Assembly (NCBI GenBank): GCA_023213395.1
Contig: CM041465.1
Span: 84,761,741-84,825,740, forward strand
Direction: 5' to 3'
Length of the DNA stretch: 64,000 nucleotides
Origin: Cycas panzhihuaensis
Lineage: Eukaryota; Plantae; Cycadophyta
Shown here: piece by piece, positions 54,878 to 64,000 of the stretch
Numbering within the stretch: position 1 is the stretch's first letter
Layout of the letters: each line of letters begins with the position of its first letter
The notes under the pieces: generated by a model
What the model saw: the letters and a program-made list of their open reading frames with translations, nothing else
Told to the model about the DNA's origin: nothing
The model's database searches: none
Position numbers and translations under genes: made by a program

Positions 54878-55156
54878 TTAGTCCTCTATTATCTTACTAG
54901 TGCAGATTGTCGGTCTGTGAGCATCGATAGGCGTATTCGCAGCACTCCCCTTCCTTCCATTGTTTGCGTACTTGGTGTTGCAGTGCAAGCAGCATTGGTT
55001 ACCTTTGTCCCTCTCATAGCGATCGCAAAAATGGCAAACGAGAAAGCCACACTCATCGCAGCCCACGAAGAGATCGCCACCTGTGTTGAGGCCGACGTTG
55101 TCACCGCACACTTGACACACTGGAAAGTTCACTTCACGGGCATCACTCTCCTCCAT
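54878..55156 (-). CDS. Stand-alone cellulose synthase (CesA) N-terminal RING-type zinc finger (zf-UDP) ORF, 92 aa; small gene or gene fragment
   Basis: CQVC-x15-CDEC-x4-CHFC-x11-CLHC with GDNVGL..GDLFVG and YER..GNQ matches the CesA zinc-binding domain. ATG to TAA is uninterrupted. No other CesA exons are seen in the window. Confidence 0.7.
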   Translation of the reverse strand: MEESDAREVNFPVCQVCGDNVGLNTGGDLFVGCDECGFLVCHFCDRYERDKGNQCCLHCNTKYANNGRKGSAANTPIDAHRPTICTSKIIED

Positions 55157-56169
55157 ATCAATCTCCTTGCAATTGATAAGTCAAGTCAGACTTGGCAATA
55201 TTGTATTAATGGCAACACCACCGCCAGAATTAGGCTTGATAATGGATTATTATTGGTAGTTGGGAGTGTGCATTTTGGTGTTTTTAGGGATTGCAGAGCT
55301 GTTGTTGTATATCATTGCTATGCCTTTGGTTTACGTCTATCCTTTTATTTGTTTATTTATTTATTTTTTTAAGGGTTTAATTTTTTTTTTAAGGGGAGTA
55401 AACGCTGCCCCTGAGTGGAGACCCCTCGCCTCCCTCACTGAAGTCATCTGAGGGCACTTATCGACACAAATATATTATTCACTTCAATTATAGGAAGCTC
55501 ATATATAGTTTGCATCTTATTTCTTTCATTGTAAATTATTTTATCCTCAAGTACATGTTGTTTTTAAGATGAATTAGTAAGCACACTAGAAGTGATAACA
55601 TAGCATCGGAGATAGTTTCAGTTGTAGTCATAACCTTTCAGATGTAGACACAAGGTTTTGAAGATGGGCATGTGGTCGTGCAGAGCTTTGGAGTCAATAT
55701 TCTTGGCTGCCTATCTGTAGGAAGCTAGTGTGGGGTTTTTCTTAGTCACCATTACAATCTGTGGTGACACTCTCAACTTTGGTTTATGGATTCAATAAAT
55801 AATTAATTCATGATTTCCTAACAGGGTTCCAGCCCCATCATGTGGCTCTATTCTGCGTCCCCCTCCTAAAGCCTTGAAGAGTCTACAATTTCTCTGCTTT
55901 TTCTCTAGATCGGTCGTGGAGTTTGATTTGGATGAGAGATCTTTCCATTCTTCTTCCTCCAAGACTACATGCCACCACATGCGGTTGCATGAGCTTTCTA
56001 TACAGATTTTCTACAGCTGCCTTGAATCAGATCTTGGTTCCTGCATCCACCCCTTCTATTGAGTTGCATGTTGTTGCATGATCTTGCATGTAGTTGCATG
56101 CATCGCTTGTGCATAGTTTCACATCCAAAAACCTTAGATTTAAGGTAAGGTCTTCTCCTCCAATAGTTT

Positions 56170-58420
56170 TGTACTCTTTCAATAAAGAATGGAGTTTATT
56201 GTTGTTATTTTCCTCTTGTGATTACCATGGAAGAAGTACTTATCTCTAGGCAAATTATGAAGTAGGATATATGGCCCCAATCTATATGGGCTTCAAAATC
56301 CCTCCAAGAACGTCTCAGAAAGAAGCATGCACAACTTGGTTTATCAGATACATAACAAAACAATATCTTAAATGAAGTTTGTGAACTTTTTCTCTTCGAT
56401 CCTCAAGCTCTACCTTCTCAGGCCCAGGCCCAACATCTCGGTAATCAAGAAATTTGTACTAATGAGAACTCGTCAATACTCTTCCCGGAATGGTGGATAA
56501 TGATACAAATACCATTACTTTTCCTGTCGAAGATGTCGAGAGTATCTACGCAGAACTTCAGGCAAAAACTCTCATTTAACAACCTTCATCCTCCCACATG
56601 GTCTCTGGAAAAATGGGCAAAAGCAATTTGAGGACCTATTCTCTCGAGTAAGGTCACTTTTGAACTAAAAGAGACAGGATTCTTCAACATTTTCTTCTCA
56701 AACACAACTAATCTTAAAAAAGTATTTTATGGAGGTCCTTGGTTTATGAAGAACTTGGGTCTATATCTCCAATGGTGGTCTCCTATATTTGACTCAAATA
56801 ATCTAGGCACTTTGAAAATTCCTATTTGGATCAAGTTGCTCTTCTTGCCAGATGAATTTAGAGAACGAGAACGATTAATTAAAATAGGATCTATGGTGGG
56901 CAAGGTTATCAAGTTAGACTCGAATACTTTAGATTATACAACCAAGGGGGTGGCTAAAGTATGTGTTGAATTAGATATGACTAAACTGCTCAAAGAGCAT
57001 CTCTTTATAAAATTCACAAATAGGACAATTAAAATCAATCTGGACTATGAGAGAGTTCCTTTTAGATGTTTTGCATGTCATAACATTGGACATATTTGTA
57101 AATTTTGCCACCTCTTTCAGGCTCCTCCTAGTTTAGACCCTTGGAGAGATGAAGCTATTCCAGATCAAAGGCCTCCTTCCCGACCAGACAATATAAAGGT
57201 CAATAAGGACAAGGAGTAGCTAACAGAAAAGAATCCCATTATTATTAAGGAAATGCTGCAACCTCCTATAGAAATGACCACTCAATAATAACATATATCT
57301 ATTCCCCAAGTAAGAGGAGAAGAAAGGTGGACACTAGTCACCAATTGGACATAAAATACAAGCAAAAGCATTTCGATGAGCTCTCAATCTTTACAACCAA
57401 ACCTTAATGATTCTAGAGATCAATTTAAGAAGAGGTTGAAAGCAACTTCTTCTATCCAAGGTCAAGCTCCTGAAGTTGTTGCTGTGCTCGGAGCAAGACG
57501 CTCCCAAGAGAACTCGAATGGCATGCTTATGGAGGAAGCAGATTCTCTAGAACATGTTCTAGAAACTCAATGGTTAATTCTTCTTAATGCGAATACTCTT
57601 CAAGCTCAACATCATGTTCCCAACAGTGAAGATACTCCACATCACACTTGTCTCAAATCTCTAGTTCATATCAATTCTTCTCAACTAAATGGACAGAAAT
57701 AATCTTTCAGTAATAGTCTAGAATATTAGAATATTGGTCCCCCTCATTTTTGTAAGCATTTGGAGTTAAAATGTATCATTTGGCATCATCGTCCTCATTT
57801 TTTGGTTTTGATAGAAACACATATTATGTCTGATGAAGACATGAGGCATATTGTCTACAGCATATGGCCATCAACCCAATGGAAAGCAATTATCTCTTAT
57901 CACACTACCAAAGGGCTAAGTATTTTGTAGAATAATCAATGGAAGATGCTTCAGAATATTACTAGTTTATTTCAAGACTAGTTATGTTTGAAAATTGAGA
58001 AGGATCTTTTTACTTGTTGGGTTATTGGAGTCTCTGCATCTACGAATGATTGGGTTAGATATGACTCATGGAAAGCTTCAGCTAGTTCCCTTCATAATGT
58101 CCAAGCAGATCTTGGTCATATTCTTACCTTAGGGGACTTTAACTTTGTAGAATACCCAACTGACAAATCAGGCAACAAGTTCAAATGATCTTATCAAAAG
58201 AATAATTCAACTTTTATCGATCTTAAAGATCTTTTGGGTCTTTCTAAACTTTCTTGGAAGGGGCCTCTGAAATTTACTTGGATAAATAATCAGCAAGGGA
58301 GCAGTTACATAGTAGAAAGACTTAATAGAGTTTATTTATCCAATTCGCTCATCAATTCAATCATTTGTTACCAGTACATTTTGATTAATTCAGCAGTTTT
58401 ATCTGATCATGTCCTTATCA
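56170..58420 (+). mobile_element. L1-type LINE, same family as the 33050-43737 element; ORF1 plus endonuclease only, abruptly 3'-truncated (5' UTR may extend further left)
   Basis: ORF1 ATG near 56227; 56746-57219 aligns with 42781-43416. ORF2 starts near 57689, overlapping the ORF1 stop. Endonuclease LTLGDFN and SDH motif are present, then the sequence switches to duplicate copy B. Confidence 0.9.
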
Positions 58421-61400
58421 AAACTGGAGAATAGATACCATAGCCTTGACACATAGATCATGCTAAAGTGGCATAGGTATTCCAAGTGCGTACCATGGAA
58501 AGCTGAGAAAGCAATTGAATCATTTTTTAAAGTTTTTTTCCCTTTTCATATTGGGGTATTAGGGTGGTGTGGACCACTTTCGGTAATAATAATGTTAATG
58601 CATGGAAGGCTTCCAAAATGCCTTTAGAGGGGCTCCCCCTTGTCATGAAACCCTTGGTTACGTTGTTACTTTAATAGATTTCCTTGTATTACATTTAACT
58701 CACTCATATAGTGATTTGAGATGGGTGCCACGGAAGCACCATCCATCTATCCATTAGCCTATGAATTACAAATGGCAATCATAATAGAAAATGCCATGAG
58801 CATTATTATTGACCCTTCAAATTATCATTCAATGTGGCACATTCTTAATCTAGATAATAAGAGAATAGACCATAAATGTCATTGATATTGGCATAACGTC
58901 ACCCAAACGTTTAATATATGCTTGAATGCATGTGAGCCTCGCTTGTAGGGAAGCTTATTTACAAAGACAAAAGTTAGACAAGATTATGAAGTTTGGCATA
59001 TGAGAGAAGATTACATAAATGGAATATTTGAGGTGTATTTATTTAAGAAGAATTCCAAACATGCCCATCGTCATGAGCTTATGAGTCATGTAGGAAGCAT
59101 GTTTGATCCCTCAATCAAGGTAGTCTTGCTAATGCAATATCATCAATTGATTATTGCTAGGAGAATAAACACAAACAAACATTCACAAGTAAGTTTGAGC
59201 AAATGACAAAGTGTTTGTAGTTTCCTTTAATATACAACTACTTATTTATAACAAACTCTTGACATTATATTAAAGAATTACAAGAAGTGTAAGATATTAA
59301 AATGTAAATCCCCATGTTTTCTATGGAATATTAGCTATTGCTACTAGATACAATTAGCAAATAACATTATTACTAAAGCCCCTTACCTTCAAGTAGAATC
59401 TCAATAGTATACATTCTTAAATAATCTATATAACATGTATATAATTATATTCATTAAGGATCAAAGAAGTGTCTATAGTCCTACCACACCAAACACTCAC
59501 GTCACTTTGTCCTTGTTAAAAGCTAGTTGGGTGTAGATATCAACATTTGCCAGTTTTCTTATATCAATCTCATCTTATTTCATGGACTTTTTCGTTAGTT
59601 CTACATAAGAATCCAATGAACACATCTTTATTGTATATGTTTAGACCATGCAAAAATTTCATCAGCTCACTAGAGTTTTCTTCTATTCCCTAAAAGAGTG
59701 TTAGAAAATGCAACTGAAGTAAACAAGATCGACATGATCTTTTACATCAGGTAGATATCAAGCAGAAACATATCGCACAAGATACTAGATTGCTGTAGGA
59801 AACCCTTATGGGTGAAAACCCACAAAGAATAATATTTCACATTATGACAAAATGATGATACCACAAAGTTGGACTTTGATCTATATTTATAGATCTAAAG
59901 TGCCAAATATAATTACAAATTACATCGTCAGCTCACTACAATCAAGAATATTCCTCCACATAATTAGGCATAAAAATAGAGAATCCCACTTTACATTAGG
60001 TGGTATGGATACATTTTCTAACATCCCCTCTTAATGTAAATGCGGGGCAACAAGTATTATCATCGAGAATAAATCCCCTCTTAAGGATAACCTTACCCAA
60101 CCCATTATGCATGAACATTGATGTAGCGATCTTTAGTTTGAGTTTGGTGAACAAGTTCACAAGTCAATCTCAACTTGGACAATCTTCAACTTGCATCTTC
60201 CCCGATCTAATCTTCACTTGGATGTAATGGTGCCATGCCTCATATGTGCTCAATTCTTTGGAAATACTCTAATAGACCTGCAATCATACAACTCTCTCTT
60301 ATACCTAACACTTTATCCATTCAATTCATCCATATTCCTTTGACTAAACCAAGAGGTTGAGCCACTTGAGCTATGTGAATTGCCTATTCAAGTCTTCGTT
60401 AAGGAATGCTGATATGATATGATACCCAACTATCTAAAGCTACTAAAGTAAGGATCAAATAGACCAATAAACAACATAGAGACTGGTGCAAATATCTCAT
60501 CATACCTTAATCCTTCTTCCTGCTGGAGATCACCTACGTAACAAGTCTTTAAACTTGCAAGCTAATGAGGTTCTTGCTTCAATATAGCTCTCCATTGTGA
60601 ATCAACACTTGCTGGAACGTTGGTATCTATCTCAAGATTTGACTGACATACTGATCCTTGATCTTCAATCATCTTGTAAGTCTTCAACTATCAATGAAAC
60701 ATGGGGTTGCAATCCATGTCTCATTGTCTAACAACTCCTCATCGTCAATCTTTCACTAGGTCTTGCTTCTGTCTTAAGCATAATGTTAGGCAAACAAACC
60801 TCCACACCTACTGAATAGTGATTTAGAAAAGTGAAACAATGAAGGATAAAACCTGTAACTAAATTACACTTAACATGATACGTCAACAACTCTTCAACTG
60901 GACATCTAGATTGATCACAATGCATTTCCCCTGTAGATCACACTGTTTATAAGCTAAACAAGCCATATGCTTTAAAATCTTGTAATCTTACTACTACAAT
61001 CTTTGTCTAAGATGTGTGCACTGCAATGCACCCAAGGAACAAATGGAAGGCTTTTGACTTAGTCCAAACAAAACTCATGAGGGGAAATTATACCACGAAC
61101 AATATCACCAGGGGTACCCATACTTGTCCGCCACAGCTTCTGCCAACTAAACATGGGAGGCAAACCACAACATACACCAAACCTCACCATCTACATCATG
61201 ATACTCACCTGCAATACAACCTTACAGGCCAATTATATATACCATGACAAAGGCATCACTGATTTTAAGGCATCTCATCTTAGACCTTTCCATTTACACT
61301 TTAATTTTATCAAGCACTCTACCTTGGTTCCACATTAAACTTGTTTAGATATGCACCCATGTTGAACCAGCATTAATTAGGCCACAAACCTTATGTTATT

Positions 61401-64000
61401 ATTAGTCCAACTAGCATAATGATCCATCATAATAGACAACTAATCATACAAGCAAATTCTTAATTTCATCACTTCATATACATATGATGCAATAGAACTC
61501 GAATGTATACCATGAATAAATCACTCATTTATTTCACTGAATAATCATATAAACATGAACTTTGTGCAATGATCTATGCCATACTCAAACAATAACAGAG
61601 TTTGCAAAGGTATCTCATGCTCTTGCCCTTACTCTTGCATATTCTCGCCCTCATACTCTCTTAATTTTGCCCTTACTCTTACCCATAGAACCTACTAAAA
61701 CTCTCGCCCAAACTTTGTCATGTAATACACATGCAACAAATCTACCTTCGCCTCATCTTACCCATAAAACTTGCGCAACATACACCCAATCTTGCCATGT
61801 AATACACATGCAACAAGTACATTATCTCACCCTTCTTCACCCATCTTTGCCCATAAACTTCCCCATGTAAAATACATACAAGAGAGTATCAATTCACCTC
61901 ACCAACTCTCTTATGCAAATACATGCTAGAAAAGTAATCAATTACCAGCATGCCTCATAGCCACCACACCATAACATCACCTCAAAATCACTAAACAATC
62001 ACCATTTATACAACCATCGCCATACAACACCTCATAATACCATTATCTGTACACCACTTTAATCATTCATTCAAGGCACTCGCTTAAAGCAGAAACTAAA
62101 TGATGAAAAAGCTTAATGGCAGTGCAAAGATAGTGATGAAGTATTCAAATGGCAACTATTTAAAGTAAATCAAAGGTACAAATATAAAAGAGATTTTATG
62201 CCATTGATTAATGTTAGGCAATGAAATAATAAAATGGCACCTTTGATTAAATAATATATATCAAAATATTTATAAAGTCATAAATCATTCTCAATATTGA
62301 CTTTATAAACTCATGGCGAAATGATATATAAAATCCAAAGCTGAATAATTAATGAGCAAACTACAATAATCAAACGTCAAATAATAATATATATTTGAAG
62401 TGCTAGGTAATTAAAGTAGTCAGTGATCATCATGCAAATTTACGTACGAGTGACGTAGGATGACGAAAATAAAGCTGCAACATCAAATATATCATGGCTG
62501 CAAGGATATAAGTCATGTAAATAAATAGTCGATGACAAATATGTTCATGGGCATGTAATTTATCATCCACGTAGAGATAACAAATGGTGGTGAATATTTT
62601 AATGTGGGCAATAATAAATATGGATAATGACGGTAGATATTTAATGTAGATGACTGTAGATGTGATTAAAATTACGCAGACTATGATATACAATCAAATG
62701 AATTTAAATGGTGGCCAAAATAGATATATTCAAATGGTGAACATATATAAACACGTGGGTGAATATATCAAGGGTAGCATCATGAAAATATATCACAGCT
62801 TCAGCCATATATTATCATGGGTAGACTTTACAATAATCGAGTGTGACAAACGGCTACATAAAATACACATAGGGTGTTTAAATATATTAACAGACTGCCA
62901 TAAGTGCTACAACATCATTAACCAAGGCAAATAAAGCATTACAACAATATACGTACTATTCACATAATTTTAAATTATTCAATCGGTGACTGAATGTATC
63001 ATGCAAGCGATGTAGAAGTTGTGGATTAAATCAACACTTATTTATGTAGAATCACAAAGATTAATATGATTAATGCAACGGGGCAGTGGCTGGTGTATGC
63101 TAGCAAGCAATCAATACATTCAACACAGGCTTACATAACACAAGGGTGACTAAATATTATGTAAACCCTAAAATTAAATAAGTCATCTTTGTGTGATCAA
63201 ATAATAAGCATACCTTATGATATTGACTGTAATATTAATTTTACAAGTCTACAACTAGCCTACTAGGGTTTCTGCACTCTCCCACCGATAATAGAGGGCT
63301 GGCAATTGACTCTAGGATACACAAACTCAATGGCATCATCAAATAGAGATCTAGCACCTTCAATAGGCTCAAACGACACTCACATGGCTGGCAACAAAGT
63401 CAAAACTCATCCACACACCTCCATATAGCTAAGAGTACCTACAAATAATGGATAGAAGGCTCCCAGGATCCTCAACGATCATCTGCATCATCGTGGTTGT
63501 TTTGCAGGGTCATAGAGCATGTCAATTCACTAAGGGCAAGCCAACATAACCTAGCACCATCGATTGGACCTTCGACAATGTTCATCTACCTATGCATGAC
63601 CTACATGCTCTGGTACCATGTTAGAAAATGTAACTGAAGCAAACAAGGTTGACAACATCATTCACATCAGGCAGAAATAAAGCAGAAATGGATCACATAG
63701 GATACTAGATTGCCATGGGAAATCCCTATGGATGAAAACCCACAAAGAATAATATCTCGCATTATGACAAAATGATGATAATTCACAAAGTTAGACTTTG
63801 ATCTATATTTATATATCTAAAGTGCCAAATATGATTATAAATTACATCGTTAGCTCACTATAATCGAGAATATTCCTCCATGTGATTAAGCATAAAAATA
63901 GGGAGGCCCACTTTACATTAGGTGGTATGGACATATTTTTTAACAAAGGGGCATTCTATATAACTTCCTTGATTTATTTTATTTTATTTTTTCATCATTT
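58416..64000 (+). repeat. Copy B of the direct duplication (58416-59698, resuming at 63946-64000 after an LTR element; runs off the window)
   Basis: Colinear with 53144-54514 on both sides of the insertion. Confidence 0.9.
59699..63945 (-). mobile_element. Non-autonomous copia-derived LTR retroelement (LARD-like), about 4.25 kb
   Basis: LTRs at 59699-60023 and 63619-63945 (about 43 substitutions). TSD aagag/aaggg; PBS tggtaccagagc (63607-63618, minus); PPT at 60024-60034. Only a decayed RNase H C-terminus (WHHYIQVKIRSGKMQVEDCPS..LVNLFTK, near 60135-60245) is recognisable; the rest is non-coding with degenerate repeats. Confidence 0.88.

Noticed and set aside
52154-54900. CesA finger spliced onto the amidohydrolase as a fusion gene
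   Set aside because: The gtaaga donor near 54899 is phase 1, whereas the good acceptors upstream of the amidohydrolase ATG need phase 2. A promoter-like island also lies between them.
54743-55372. 209-aa plus-strand ORF
   Set aside because: It is the antisense shadow of the GC-rich CesA finger ORF, starts at TTG and has no recognisable domain.
61620-61930. CRISPR-like repeat-spacer array
   Set aside because: The repeats are degenerate and irregularly spaced, inside a plant LTR element, with no cas genes.

Overview
This is land-plant nuclear DNA. About 80% of the window is decayed, nested retrotransposons, which surround a small gene island at about 48-56 kb. The lineage cannot be fixed from sequence alone; the style suggests a large, heavily methylated non-model genome. 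Left to right: (1) Ty3/gypsy (chromovirus) and Ty1/copia remnants. (2) A full-length L1-type LINE (13319-32501, poly(A), 16-bp TSD) carrying two complete copia insertions. (3) A second, minus-strand L1 LINE carrying a third complete copia. (4) A decayed gypsy element. (5) An apparently intact six-exon gene (49317-52154, minus strand, about 447 aa) for a metal-dependent amidohydrolase of the bacterial Xaa-Pro dipeptidase/peptidase M38 type. (6) A stand-alone 92-aa ORF consisting only of the cellulose-synthase (CesA) N-terminal RING zinc finger. (7) A truncated LINE whose break coincides with the junction of an apparent tandem duplication. (8) A non-autonomous copia-derived LTR element inserted in the second duplicate. 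The best candidates for something new are the intron-containing bacterial-type amidohydrolase (possible horizontal transfer) and the possible CesA-RING microprotein. All identities are by eye and from recalled family motifs; no database searches were run, and divergence counts are manual.
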